Positions 26,014 to 39,409 of a stretch of DNA of 64,000 nt are shown here, one piece after another. A program made the translations under genes and the position numbers. Numbering within the stretch: position 1 is the stretch's first letter; every line of letters starts with the position of its first letter. The notes beneath the pieces were generated by a model. It saw only the letters and a program-made list of their open reading frames with translations, was not told where the DNA came from and did no database searches. The stretch is from Octopus vulgaris (Eukaryota), in the NCBI GenBank assembly GCA_951406725.2, contig OX597839.1, forward strand, positions 28,148,001 through 28,212,000, in the 5' to 3' direction.

Positions 26014-27162
26014 CAGGGGTTGGACAAAATAATGGAAACACCAAGCATCATAGCATCATTATTTTGAAATCTCTATAAAACCGTCAAAAGCTTGTTTATT
26101 TTTATGTTTTTTGCTCACAATGTTTTGCTAAAATTGCTGTTTCTTTTCAGATATCATCAGAAAAAGGTAATTAAAAATTCATTAAAATGACAGATCTATC
26201 GGACTTTCAAAGAGGTCAAATTGTTGGTGCTCGTATGGCAGGCGCTAGCGTAACGAAAACAGCCGAAACATTTGGTGTATCAAGAAGTACTGTCTCGAAA
26301 GTAATGACAGCCTTTGAGAAAGAGGGGAAAACCTCCTCGTCGAAACAAAACTCTGGAAGAAAGCCAAAACTTTCAGATAGGGACCATCGGACTCTTACGC
26401 AAATTGTTAGAAAGGATCACAAAAGTACAGCTCCCAAAATTACTGCAGAGCTTAATGACCAGCTCGAGAACCCAGTTTCCGCAAAAGCTATTCACTGGGA
26501 GCTGCACAAAGTCGGATTCCACGGGAGGGCTGCAATCAGAAAACCACTACTTTCAAAAACAAACGTTGCAATGCATTTAGAGTGGAGTAAAAACCTACAG
26601 AATTGGTCCCCAGAGCAGTGGAAGAATGCTATTTTCTCGGACGAGTCATCCTTTACCTTATTTCTGACAACTGGCCGAGTATACGTGTGGAGACAGCCAC
26701 AAGGAGCATTTGAGCCACACTGCCTTCTTCCAACTGTTAAACATGGAGGAGGATCTGCAATGATCTGGGGAGTATATCTTGGAAATCCACCAGCCCAATG
26801 GTTTCCCTCCACGGCAGAATTAATAGTCAAGACTATTTAAGCATTCTATCAAATCAAACTCATCCTATGGTTGCAGAACTGTTTCCGGAGAGAAATGCAA
26901 TCTTTCAGGATGATAATACACCAATTCACACAGCTAAAGTTTTTACTGAATGGCACGAGGAACAGTCTAGCGAAGTTGAACATCTTATCTGGCCACCACA
27001 TTCCCCAGATCTCAATATTATTGAACATTTATGGTGCATTTTAGAAAAACAAGTAAGGAGTCAATATCCTCCACCATCCTCACTACAAGAACTGGAGACT
27101 GTTTTAGCTGAAGAATGGACAAAAATTCATTTGGAAACAATTCAAAGTTTGTATGAGTCCAT
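26014..27162 (+). mobile_element. Tc1-like DNA transposon, 3'-truncated
   Basis: TA|CAGGGGTTGGACAAAATAATGGAAACACC left end followed by the transposase; cut off by a family A SINE at 27163; no right TIR found. Confidence 0.9.
26187..27162 (+). pseudogene. Tc1-family transposase with one frameshift at ~26770, DD36E spacing
   Basis: N-terminal DNA-binding region with GRKPK, then FSDES, TVKHGGGS, FQDDN and WPPHSPDLNIIE; 36 residues between the second D and the E. Confidence 0.92.
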
Positions 27163-27358
27163 ACGTTTGTTTCAGTCATTTGACTGTGGCCGTGCTGGAG
27201 CACCGCCTTCAGTCGAGTAAATCGACCCCCACGACATTCTTTGTAAGCCTAGTATTTATTCTATTGGTCTCTGTTGCCGAACCGCTAAGTTAAAAGGACG
27301 TAAATACACCAGCATCGGTTGTCAAGCGATGCTGGAGGGGGGACAAACAAACACACAA

Positions 27359-27365
<7 letters not shown>
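27163..27365 (-). mobile_element. SINE family A tail
   Basis: ttgtttcagtcatttgactgtggcc...gtcaagcgatgctgg. Confidence 0.8.
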
Positions 27366-27404
<39 letters not shown>

Positions 27405-28088
27405 CAGTAAAACTGAATGGTTGTAGGGGACCAGTTAAAGAAGGTCGGTATTCTTTCAGCATTCGACTTTTCTCATTTTCCTCCCTTTCTCCCAATGAAG
27501 TTCGAAACAAACGTAAAGTCAACATATTGATTATGTGACCTTTCATTTGTGGTGGTGGCGGTGGTGGCGGTGGTGGTGGTGGCGGTGGTGGTGGTGGCGG
27601 TGGTGGTGGTGGCGGCGGCGGCGGCAGTGATGATGATGATGGTGATAGTAATGACGGTGTTTGTTGTTGTTGTTGGTGGTGGTGGTGAGGATGATGATGA
27701 TGGTGGTGGTGGAGGTGGAGATGGTGAGGATGATGATGATGGTGGTGGTGGTAGTGGTGGTGGTGATGATGGTGGTGGTAATAGTAGCAATGATGATGAT
27801 GATGAAGTAGGGCTGTGGGTGTTGTGTGGCGGGTGCAGGTTCGTCTGATGACAGTCCTTCATTTATCAGCACAAATTCTGACAACAAACACCGTTTTGTG
27901 GAAACTTTCAAAGAAACACTCAACAAACAACAACAAAAGAAAACACGAAAAAAACAAAAACACAAACAAACAAACAAACAAATAAAAAAACAACTTATTT
28001 TTAATCTATAAGACCCCGACATGGATACTGCCACAGTCTATGAACAATGATGCCACATACACTTCATACGTGTGTGTGTGTGTGTGCA

Positions 28089-28147
<59 letters not shown>

Positions 28148-28174
28148 TTGTGTATGTGTGTGTATACGTATATG

Positions 28175-28215
<41 letters not shown>

Positions 28216-28699
28216 GTACTTGTGTATGTGTGTGTATACGTATATGTGTACATTTCTGCCCATATATATATATATATATATACATATATACATATATACA
28301 TACATACACGCACGTACAAATATATACACACAATATATTTTATGTACACATACATTATACACTCACATATATGTACATATATATATATACACACATATAT
28401 AAATATACATACACCACATACACACACACAAGGACCAGCTCTTTTCTTTCAAGCTCATTATATTAAAGACACGACCGTGTTTCAGTTCAATCATTTCTAC
28501 CAATCACAAATTTATATTTCCTTCTCAGTCTTATCTTTAGTCCGGGGACAATAAAGTTCTTTAACCCTAAATCTATTCACCTTACAAAGCAAACGGCGTC
28601 ACTCGTGATAGCGGCACGTTAATGTCGGCTCGGGCAGAATGCAACGAACAACAAGCTACCATCACCGTCACCATCGGCTTTATCTTGCATCCGGGTATT

Positions 28700-29700
28700 T
28701 AGTATCGTCACTGCTTACCGCTTCCTTTACGGCGAAGGTTTTCATTACTCTGTAGATCAATTCTTGCATAGAAGAGTCGATGGTATTGACTGAATGGCAA
28801 CGCAGAGAGAGGCCTGCACGGCAACGATGGTTGAGGGATGCACGGCAACGATGGTTGAGGGATGCACAGCAACGATGGTTGAGGGATGCACGGCAACGAT
28901 GGTTGAGGGATGCACGGCAACGATGGTTGAGGGATGCACGGCAACGATGGTTGAGGGATGCACGGCAACGATGGTTGAGGGATGCACGGCAACGATGGTT
29001 GAGGGATGCACGCCAACGATGGTTGAGGGATGCACGGCAACGATGGTTGAGGGATGCACGGCAACGATGGTTGAAGGATGCACGGCAACGATGGTTGAGG
29101 GATGCACGGCAACGATGGTTGAGGGATGCACGGCAACGATGGCTGAGGGATGCGAAGGCAATGATGGTTGAGGGATGCACGGCAACGATGGTTGAGGGAT
29201 GCACGGCAATGATGGTTGAGGGATGCACGGCAATGATGGTTGAGGGATGCACGGCAACGATGGTTGAGGGATGCACGGCAACGATGGTTGAGGGATGCAC
29301 GGCAATGATGGTTGAGGGATGCACGGCAATGATGGTTGAGGGATGCACGGCAACGATGGTTGAGGGATGCACGGCAATGATGGCTGAAGACTGCATGGTA
29401 ATGTTGGTGATTTTGTCGAAGCTTCCTCTCCCTAGTTTGATTTCTTCCCTTCCGCTTCTGGTGGCTTCGAAGTGTTTGGTTCCGATGTTGATGGAACATC
29501 ACCGCTTGTTACGGTCTCTGGTTTCCGTTTCAAACGATTTAGGCTCAATTCCAGTGACTTTTAGCGTTGCTTTGAGTTGATCCTTCTCTCTTCGAAGAGG
29601 GCTTTTTCCTCAAGTAAGCTCACCGAATAGGATTTAGCGTGGGAACCTTGACTCTTAAATTCTTGCTACATGTCCCGACCATCGATAAGACATTAAGACA
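28700..29700 (-). pseudogene. RTE-clade LINE ORF C-terminal relic with an internal minisatellite
   Basis: RWSGHVARI..ILFGEL..KDQLKATLKVTGIEPKSFETETRDR..GTKHFE upstream of the array; FSQYHRLFYARIDLQSNE (decayed CxxC..RIGLxSH motif) downstream. Confidence 0.7.
28815..29395. repeat. 24-bp minisatellite, ~24 copies
   Basis: Unit gcacggcaa(c/t)gatggttgagggat; one unit carries an indel near 29152. Confidence 0.97.
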
Positions 29701-29862
29701 ATATGGCTCTCCCCAGACACAACATAATTTGCTCCAACACACGAATTCACATAAAGAATCTTGCAAACCAGATACAAAAGCGGAATGTGTGTGTGTGTGT
29801 GCGTGTGTGTGTGTGTGTGTAAGTATGGATATAATAATGTGCGTTTATCTGTGTATCTTGTG

Positions 29863-29902
<40 letters not shown>

Positions 29903-30069
29903 ATGTCAAAATTTTATTCCATAAATTTTATTCTTTAAATGGTTCCTCCCCAGAGGTCTTCGGGCGACAGAAGCCATGTAGAATCACTTGGAGCTTTAGA
30001 AATGCCTCGCATATTTCGACAGACCTAATTATAGACATATAAATTTACGTATGCATATACGTATGTATG

Positions 30070-30100
<31 letters not shown>

Positions 30101-30318
30101 TTGTACGTACGTATGTATCTATGTATGTGTGTGTAAGCATATACATATATATCATTCATATATATATATATATATATATATACATACACACACAGATGTG
30201 TATGTATGTGTGTATATATGTATGCGTGTATATATGTGTGTATAAACTTACGTATGGTTGACTATATAAACATTCACAAGCATTGATGCTTGTTTATATA
30301 TATATGTGTGTGTGTATG

Positions 30319-30374
<56 letters not shown>

Positions 30375-30809
30375 CAGATATATACGTATATGTATGTACG
30401 TTGTAGGCATGGTTCTGAGTGCTTGTGAATGTGTGTTATTCAAAGTGTGTTTATCTCTTATTTATTTATTTAAATTCAAACTAAATCGGAACTTTTTACA
30501 TATTTTCAACACTTCCACCGAAAACCGACATTAGTTACAGGCGGAATTAATCTCCCCCTACACCGCCCCCACCCCTATTTTGATCCCTCCCCACTGGCGA
30601 AGTTGAACTTTGTAACATAAACATACAGACGGTCTTGTAAGCTCATCTCTAAGATAATATTCGGGTTATAATCACAGCGGAAATTCAATGATAGGCGAAG
30701 CAGCTTCAAGCAACTAAATTTCTTGTGTCGCTTAGAGCCTGGCTAAAAGTTCGTGCCTCGCGCGCTCGCGTGTGCGTGTAGCTGAACTTCGTAACGTAAT
30801 CATCTATCT

Positions 30810-31000
30810 TTCATTTGCTCAGGCCACTGGACTGCAACCATGCTGGAGCACCGCCTTGAAGAAATATTGGTCGAAGGAATCGATGCAAGAACTTAAGCCT
30901 GGTACTTATTCTACAGGTCTCTTTTGCCGAACCGCTAAGTTACGGAGACATAAACACATCAACAACGGTTGTCAAGTGGTTGGCCCACAAAGACACACAC
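30810..31000 (-). mobile_element. SINE family A tail
   Basis: catgctggagcaccgcc...ttttgccgaaccgctaagttacgg. Confidence 0.75.
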
Positions 31001-31004
31001 AGAG

Positions 31005-31056
<52 letters not shown>

Positions 31057-31059
<3 letters not shown>

Positions 31060-31445
31060 TGGCTGTGTGGTAAGTAGCTTGTCTATCAACCACATGGTTC
31101 CGGGTTCAGTCCCACTGCGTGGCACCTTGGGCAAGTGTCTTCTACTATAGCCTTGGGCCGACCAAACCTTGTGAGTGGATTTGGTAGACGGAAACTGAAA
31201 GAAGCCCGTCGTATATATGTATATATATATATGTATGCGTTTGTGTTTGTGTGTCTGTTTGTCCCCTAGCATTGCTTGACAACCGATGCTGGTGTGTTTA
31301 TGTCCCCGTTAATTAGCGGTTCGGCAAAAGAGACCGATAGAATAAGTACTGGGCTTACAAAAGAATAAGTCCCGGGGTCGAGTTGCTCGATTAAAGGCGG
31401 TGCTCCAGCATGGCCGTAGTCAAATGACTGAAACAAGTAAAAGAG
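31057..31445 (+). mobile_element. SINE family A, near full length
   Basis: tRNA-like head, body, internal (TA)n(TG)n, tail ending gaaacaagtaaaagag. Confidence 0.9.
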
Positions 31446-31775
31446 TATATAAGTTGCTTATTATTAACTGCAAATTAATCATCTTCCCTTACAGCTGTTT
31501 CAATTAATACTCGGTAAATATTAATTAAATTTATATGATCTGAGCATAAAATCTTAAGAGGGAAAAAATATAGCCTTGGATGTTTTATATGTTCTTATGG
31601 ATTCATTATAGCAGACTGAATGATACGGTTTATGATTTGTGTCGTTATATGTTCAGGCGAGGGGTTTGCAGGTTGACTGGAGATAAAACAGAATAGGTAA
31701 ATAGAATTAGAACAATAGATTAGTAACTTAAATAGAAATGATAGAAGAAATTCAAATATAAATAAGGTAAGTTTA

Positions 31776-32167
31776 TCTTTATATATAAAAGTGAAGTTGT
31801 GTGAGTGTCTGTCTCCTACGATTTAGATTCCTAACTACTCCCACATTTTGCGGTGCAGTTTAACCAAAACCGGGTATCTTATAGTCGTGATTCATATCGA
31901 GCCCTTCTGGGTATTAGCGCGCGTCTACGATGAGTCTACGATTTTAAAAATAATTTACCATATTTTTTTTCCATTTTAAAGCATATTTTTTAAATAAAGG
32001 GAAGTAACTCTCTAAAAATGTCTACGATGAGTCAACGATTTAAAAAAAAAATTACCATAATTTTTTTTCCATTTTTGATGCATTTTTTGCTGTTGGCTAT
32101 AACTCTCTAAAAATGCTTTATAGTTATTTCCCTTACAAATCCGAGCAACGCCGGGCGATACTGCTAG
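31776..32167 (+). mobile_element. Non-autonomous Helitron
   Basis: A|TC start, GC-rich subterminal ccgagcaacgccggg, CTAG|T end, no target duplication; four copies in the window. Confidence 0.85.
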
Positions 32168-32636
32168 TGGTTAATAAAAGAATGGGACATTCGTTTATAA
32201 GGTATAAATAAAGTCAAGAAAATTGGCGAGCTGGCCGGAACGTTGGCGCGTCAGGCGAAATGCTTAGCGATATTTCGTCTATCTCTATGTTTAACGGCGG
32301 TGCAACAGCATGGCCGCAGCTCTGAGCTATAACTACAGAAAAAAATATGCAAGTACGCACGCAAATATACACACATACATATATGTATCCGTACGTCCAT
32401 ATATATACACGCATATATCACATGCATGTACATGCGCGACCACATTAATACGTATACACACTCCCACATACATCTATGTATACGCTTTTTACCCATCACC
32501 CATAAGAAGACGTTAATATACATCCACGGTGGTCAATTAATTCCGATTGGTTGATGAACATTTGAATTATTTACTCTCTTGCATTTCAAGGAAAGTATTT
32601 GTTTTAACGGTTTTGTAAACTGTTAGTGTCATGGAT

Positions 32637-33019
32637 GGAGGCGCAATGGCCCACTGGTTAGGACAGCGGACTCGCGGTCATAGGATCGCGGTTTCGATTC
32701 CCAGACCGGGCGTTGTGAGTGTTTATTGAGCGAAAACACCTAAAAGCTCCACGAGGCTCCGGCAGGGGGTGGTGGTGATCCCTGCTGTACTCTTTCACCA
32801 CAACTTTCTCTCACTCTTACTTCCTGTTTCTGTTGTACCTGTATTTCAAGGGGCCGGCCTTGTCACTCTCTGTGTCACGCTGAATATCCCCGAGAACTAC
32901 GTTAAGGGTACACGTGTCTGTGGAGTGCTCAGCCACTTACACGTTAATTTCACGAGCAGGCTGTTCCGTTGATTCGGATCAACCGGAACCCTCATCGTCG
33001 TAACCGACGGAGTGCTCCA
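32637..33019 (+). mobile_element. SINE family C, long form
   Basis: tRNA-like head (ggtttcgattccc) and the shared tail. Confidence 0.8.
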
Positions 33020-33037
33020 TCCAGTGTCATAGATGTA

Positions 33038-33410
33038 TCAGGTTGTTTCACATGGAATGTCGTATTTGAAAGGTAACAATAAAATGTTTCAGAAGTGTTA
33101 GAGATCGGATTTATTTCATCAAAGTATGTTCCCTGTTCATTTACGACGTTTACCCAACGTTTTGTCCATGTCATATATCCCATCTTTAAAAACAAATTTA
33201 ATCTTTTGCTGTGATAAACTGTCCGAATGCTTCAAGCTCAAAATACTTAAATAAGTAATGATCAGTTGGAGAGATATCAAGGGAATAGGGAGGATGTTGC
33301 AAAATCTCATAATTCAGGCTTTGCAACTTTTGGACCGTAGCTTGAGGAGTGTTTGGACGTGCATAGTCGTGGATCAAAATTGGGCCATCTCTATTCACTA
33401 GTCTGGGTAT
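33038..33410 (-). pseudogene. mariner (DD34D-type) transposase C-terminal relic with a probable right TIR
   Basis: ILIHDYARP...EILQHPPYSLDISPTDHYLF and KRWVNVVNEQGTYFD; TA|tcaggttg terminus. Confidence 0.8.
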
Positions 33411-33775
33411 CTCAGTATCTCATTTCATTTAGAATATTTTAATTAGAGTAAGGGGAATAAAAAAGACAAGTAGAAGTAATTAATGCCTTACAACTGTTTC
33501 TGGAGTTAGCCCAGGTAATGGGTCAACATCTCCAAAGCCTTGTGAGTGGATTTGGTAGATGGAAACTGAAAGAAGCCCGTTGTATTTGTGTGTGTGTGTA
33601 TGTGTGTTTACCACCGTCGTCATCGCTTGACAACCGATGTTGGCGTGTTGACGTCCCCGTATCTAGCGGTTCGTATTGTATTTTCTTTTATTCAAAGCCA
33701 GGAGCTTCTCAGCACCCCTTCGCATATAATACACACACACACTCTCATGTATTGAGTTCTATTTATGCTGTATGC

Positions 33776-33817
<42 letters not shown>

Positions 33818-33982
33818 TTCAGTGTAGAAAGAGATTGAGGAATAGAAAGGGTTTCTGCCAGTTCTACTTCTTTAGTAATTATTAACCAGCGCCCCCGCGC
33901 GAGTCCGGACGTAATTTCAATTAGTAAAAACTAATTTTATTTTTTCAGTATACATACATATTCATACATACACACACATATA

Positions 33983-34064
<82 letters not shown>

Positions 34065-34204
34065 TATATATACAAATATATATATATATACACATATATA
34101 CATATACACACACACACATATATACATACATATACATACACGCATACACATACACACATACATATACATACACACACACACATATACATACACACACACA
34201 CACG

Positions 34205-34269
<65 letters not shown>

Positions 34270-34608
34270 ATATAAATATCACTCCTTCACTTCTACTTTT
34301 TTCTCTGACATTTTCTTCCCTTCTTTTTCTTTTTTTTTTCTTCTCCCTTTTCTTATTTCGTTTAAAATTCCTTCCATTCCTGGCTTTTCCAACCACCAGA
34401 AACCATAAGACTGGTTCTTAACTCAAATTTCATAAAGTTTAAACAGATGAGAGACACCTCCACCGTTCGTATAAGAAACTGGTTTATTTAACACAAAAAC
34501 CAGTTTTCCCTTCGTCTCTCCCCGTAAAAAGTTTAACTTTCGCCAAACAGGGAAGATATCAGTCTTTCATAAAGGCTACTCACCATCAAGTTAGACTTTT
34601 CTCCGTGA

Positions 34609-34867
34609 AGGTGCAAGGCTTATTGTTTAGGGTGTTTGGCACACGAAGTCGTGAGTTCGTTACCTCACGGCATGTTGTGTTCTTGAGCACGTTACTCCAC
34701 TCCACTCAGCTGGTAAAAATGAGTTGTACCTGTATTTCAAAGGGCATGCCTTGTCACACACTGTGTCAAACTAAATCTCCCTGAGAATTACATTAAGAGT
34801 ACGAGTGACTGCGGTGTCCTCAGCCACTTGCACGTTAATTTCACAAGCAGGCTCTTCCATTGAACAG
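34609..34867 (+). mobile_element. SINE family C, diverged
   Basis: aatgagttgtacctgtatttcaaaggg...ctcagccacttgcacgttaatttcac. Confidence 0.7.
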
Positions 34868-34871
34868 TGCA

Positions 34872-35818
34872 TAATCTTGCAGGTGGGGCCCAATTAGAAT
34901 TTTCTTCAGGTCGAGTAGCCCTTCCCGCTCGCGAAATTTGTTTTCCCACGCGAGTTCTTGACCCCAGTAATGAACTCATTTGCATACAGCCAATCAGAGC
35001 TCACCTTGACCTTGTCAAGTTAACAAGCCCACTCTACCAAGTAAAACGCAAGACGAAGAACGGTGTTGTAAGTCGACCGATGGCCAAGTTTTGCCTGATT
35101 TTAGAAGGAGACAAGTAATTAGATGGGTTTGCATCTATACTAATTATCGGATTTTGTTAGGGCCCCATAAGGTAAAGATGTGGATGGGGAAAATGTGGGT
35201 AGAGGGTGATGTGCTGGCAACCCTCTCCCCTTACTGTTTTACAAAATAAACAACAACACAAATAACTACTCAGAGGCAGCCATGGTTGAAACAAGAACAA
35301 GAACAACAAGCATTATTAAAAGAGAAAAGAAGAATGGTCATTCCTTACCCAAGGGACCTTATCTTATCGCCCATCACTTGTTATGCGCTCATAAATTAGT
35401 TTGATAGTTGAGCTCTGATTGGCTGTATGCAAATGAGTTCATAAGTGGGGTCCGGAACTTTCGAGGGAGACAAAATTTCGCATCCTGCCCAAAAGGTCCC
35501 TGAATAAGTGCTGTTTAAGGATTTTGAACGAAACGCCCATGTTTCCAGAGGTGAATTATCCAAACCCCAAAGAATCCCTTTTAACACATGGCTATGATGC
35601 TCCCCGACTACTTCTGCTCGTAGTCGGAGATGTACATATCAGCCACTAAGGGACTTGCTCAACTGGTGAAGGTCAAACAACCGACAAGCAAATCTGTGGT
35701 ATTGAGCAGAATATTTGCTGCAAAACCCATCTTTTATACCAAAACAAAACAATGTACATGATAACACTTCCAATCAGTTAAGATGAGAAGCCATGGGAGC
35801 CACTGCCTGGTACTGCAC
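34872..35818 (-). mobile_element. Family D repeat interrupted by a MITE
   Basis: Colinear with ~23440-23825 on both sides of 34931-35481. Confidence 0.75.
34931..35481. mobile_element. Mutator-like MITE with ~73-bp TIRs
   Basis: gcgaaattt...atgaactcatttgcatacagccaatcagagctca is mirrored at 35409-35481; degenerate 9-bp flanks ttcccgctc / atcctgccc. Confidence 0.75.
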
Positions 35819-35819
35819 C

Positions 35820-35975
35820 AACAACGCGAGAACGAGGTACATGTAAAGTATTAGCAGACGCTCAGGGAAGGAAAGAAAGATGGCTTAACGTTTCGAGCAG
35901 ACGCTCCTCTTCAGAAACAGAGGAAAGTCCAATAGAAAAGGAAGACGGAGGAAGAAAATCGCCAACGTAAATAAT

Positions 35976-35979
<4 letters not shown>
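35820..35979 (-). mobile_element. Hammerhead-bearing short element
   Basis: Related to the elements at 44149, 62133 and 62762; adjacent to (TA)n. Confidence 0.7.
35883..35918 (-). ncRNA. Minimal hammerhead motif with intact core
   Basis: guuu-CUGAAGA-G-GAGC-gucu-GCUC-GAAAC-GUU-aagc. Confidence 0.65.
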
Positions 35980-36042
<63 letters not shown>

Positions 36043-36632
36043 GCAGAGAAACAGAACAACAGCAACAAAAGACGGGATGGTTATGGTTGGAGTGGCGATG
36101 ACGATAGCTCTACTGGATCAGGATTGTCTCGGGGTTAAATAACCACGAGTGATGCGGAATATACGACTGAAATGTCTGTTTAATGAAAGAATTGTTTGGT
36201 AGAGAGAGGGGGAGGGAATGAGTGGGGGTTGGGGAGAATCCTTTGGTAAAGACACAGAGAGAGGGAAGTAGAATGAGGGGGAGAATACTTTGGTAAAGAG
36301 AGGGGGAGAGGAGTGGAAGTGGAGGTTCTGAGAGTGAAGGAATTGGCTATGATGTATCATCATCTGACAGAGGTTGTCGTTATTTCAGATGCGGTGGAGG
36401 GTGGAGGGTGATGTGGCGGCGGCGGCGGCCGTGTCGGTGGTGGAGATACGGATGGTGGTGGTGGTGGTGGTGTTGGAATGGACTGGTTGTGATAGACATT
36501 TCACTTTACAGTTCAACAATTCTGATTCATTAAATCTCTTTGTCCGTCTCTCTGTCTGCCTGCCTGTCTGTCTGTCTGTCTATATGTATGTTCCTCTCTC
36601 TCACACACACAAACACACATTCTCTTCCTCTC

Positions 36633-36689
<57 letters not shown>

Positions 36690-36704
36690 AATATGTACGT
36701 ATAT

Positions 36705-37146
36705 ATTCTTTTATTCTTTTACTTGTTTCAGTTATTTTGACTGCGGCCATGCTGGAGCACCACCTTTAGTCGAACAAACCGACCCCAGGATTTATTCTCT
36801 GTAAGCCTAGTACTTGTTTTATCGGTCTCTTTTGCCAAACTGCTAATTCACGGGAACCTAAACGCACCAGCTTCGGTTGTCAAGCGATAGTGAGGAGACA
36901 AACACAGGCATACAAACAAACATATGCATACACACATATATATATATATATATATATACATGCACATACATATATATATATACGACGGGCTTCTTTCAGT
37001 TTCCGTCTACCAAATCCACTCACAAGGCTTTGGTCGGCCCGAGGCTATAGTAGAAGACACTTGGCCAAAGTGCCACGCAGTGGGACTGAACCCGGAACCA
37101 TGTGGTTGGTAAGCAAGCTACTTACCACACAGCCACTCCTGCGCCT
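36705..37146 (-). mobile_element. SINE family A, full length
   Basis: Reverse complement of the full family A structure. Confidence 0.9.
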
Positions 37147-37338
37147 ATGGATTGAAACAAGTAACAGAAAAGAATATAACGAATGAAATTATATTAAAGG
37201 AATTTTATGGAACGAGGCGAAGAATACAAGAGAAGATGGAAGTATGAAAGCGATTCTGCGCTCCGTCGTGATGAGACGATGACAGCTTTGAAGACGAGTT
37301 AACAGGCAAAATGGCGCAGGGATGGAGCGAAAAGATGG

Positions 37339-37398
<60 letters not shown>

Positions 37399-37783
37399 AA
37401 CATGGCAGAACAGAGAGATTAAAGTTGGTTTAAATACGGTTGGGTTTTTCATTTTACTACTTCTTTTGTCTATGTTTGATATGGAGTGATATGAAGGGAA
37501 GGAGTTGGGGTGGGGGTGGGGGTGGGGGGTAGGAAATGCTTTGCTTTTTATTTTGTTCACAACAAACGTGTCTCACTTGAAATTACATAAACTAAGTGTG
37601 TGTGTGTGTGTGTGTGTGTAAGTGTGTGTGTGTGTGTATTTATCTATTTACATACATGTGTGGGTGAGTGTTTATAAGTTTGTTATGCGTATGCGTGTGT
37701 GTGCGTATATATATATATATGTATATGTGTGTGTGTGTATATATGTATATATGTGTATATATATATATATATGTATATATGTG

Positions 37784-37832
<49 letters not shown>

Positions 37833-37999
37833 GTATATATATGCATATGTATATATGCATATATTTTATTTATTTATTTGCATACATGTGTGGGTGGATG
37901 TTTTTTCTGTGTGTGTGTGTGTATGCATTTATATTATATTTGTGTGTATATATGTGTGTGTGTGTGTGTGTGCGCGTGCATTTTTATGTATATGTGTAC

Positions 38000-38036
<37 letters not shown>

Positions 38037-38549
38037 GTACGTTTGTATGTATATGTTATTTTTCCCTTTTAATTTTGCACCCCATTCATTTTTTCCACAC
38101 AATCTCTTCCTGTCTTTATTCCGCCCCGCCCCTCCCCCACCCGGCCACCCAGCCACCCAGGCCCCGCGTCATCTTCCTTTCTAACTCCACAGACCCAGAT
38201 GTATGTATTCCGGTGATAAAGAATGTATTATTGCCATGAAACGGAAGAACTGTGAATGGAACCAACTACCCCCACAGACATTATTGCGCGAACAGCCATC
38301 CGTGGCAGCGCTCCGCACGGCACGGCCTTCGTGTGTACTCGAGCGTCACCCACTTACTTTGTCTTAACTATGGAACGACATCAGTGACATATAACCTGGG
38401 TAGAACGGAATCGAAAAACAATCAAAATCTAATTTTCTCATACATCATTCTGGACACCTCATCAAAACAAACAAACCAAGGTGTCAAGCGAGTGGATGCG
38501 AAGATGACAAACAGACAGACACAACACACACACACACACATACATACGT

Positions 38550-38799
38550 GTCTTGTGGTAAGAAGCGTGCTTCCCGACCACATGGTTCTGGGTTCAGTCC
38601 CGCTGCATGGTACCTCGGGCACGTGCTTTCTACTATAGCCTCGGACCGACCAAAGACATAAGGTCTAGGGTCGAGTTCTCCGACTAAAACTCGTCAATGC
38701 AGTGCTCCAGCATGGCCGCAGTCAAGCAACTGAAACAAGTAAAAAAAACTATAAAAGAATATATAATAAACGGAAACGGAAAGAAGCCGGTCATATACG

Positions 38800-38848
<49 letters not shown>

Positions 38849-39110
38849 TGTGTATGCATGAATGTATGTACGTATGTATGTATTTAGGTATTTGTGTGTC
38901 TATGTTTGTCCACGCCCCACATCGCTTGACAACCAATTTTGGTGTGTTTACATCCCTGTGACTTAGCGGTTCGGCAAAAGAGACCGATAGAACAAGTACT
39001 AGGCTAAAAAAGACATAAGATCTGGAGTCGAGTTCTCCGACTAAAACCCGTCAAGGCAGTGCTCCAGCATGGCCGCAGTCAAGCGATTGAAACAAGTAAA
39101 AAAAAAACAT
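38550..39110 (+). mobile_element. SINE family A with an internal templated insertion
   Basis: 38652-38769 duplicates 39009-39128. Confidence 0.8.
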
Positions 39111-39134
39111 AAAAGAACATATAATAAAATGTTC

Positions 39135-39359
39135 TTTCTTTGACTTGTTTCAGACATTTGACTGCGGCCGTACTGGAGCACCGCCTTAAAGGGTATATAG
39201 TCGAAGAAATCGACCCCAGGACTTATTCTTTTGTAAGCCTAGTACTCATTCTATCGCTCACTTTTGCCGAATCGATAAATTACGGGGACGTAAGCACACC
39301 AACACCGGTCATCAAGCGGTGACGGGGGAACAAACACAGATACAATGACACACACACAA

Positions 39360-39409
<50 letters not shown>

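Noticed and set aside
28680-29580. Cys/His-rich repeat-protein ORFs
   Set aside because: Caused by a 24-bp minisatellite inside a stop-containing LINE relic.
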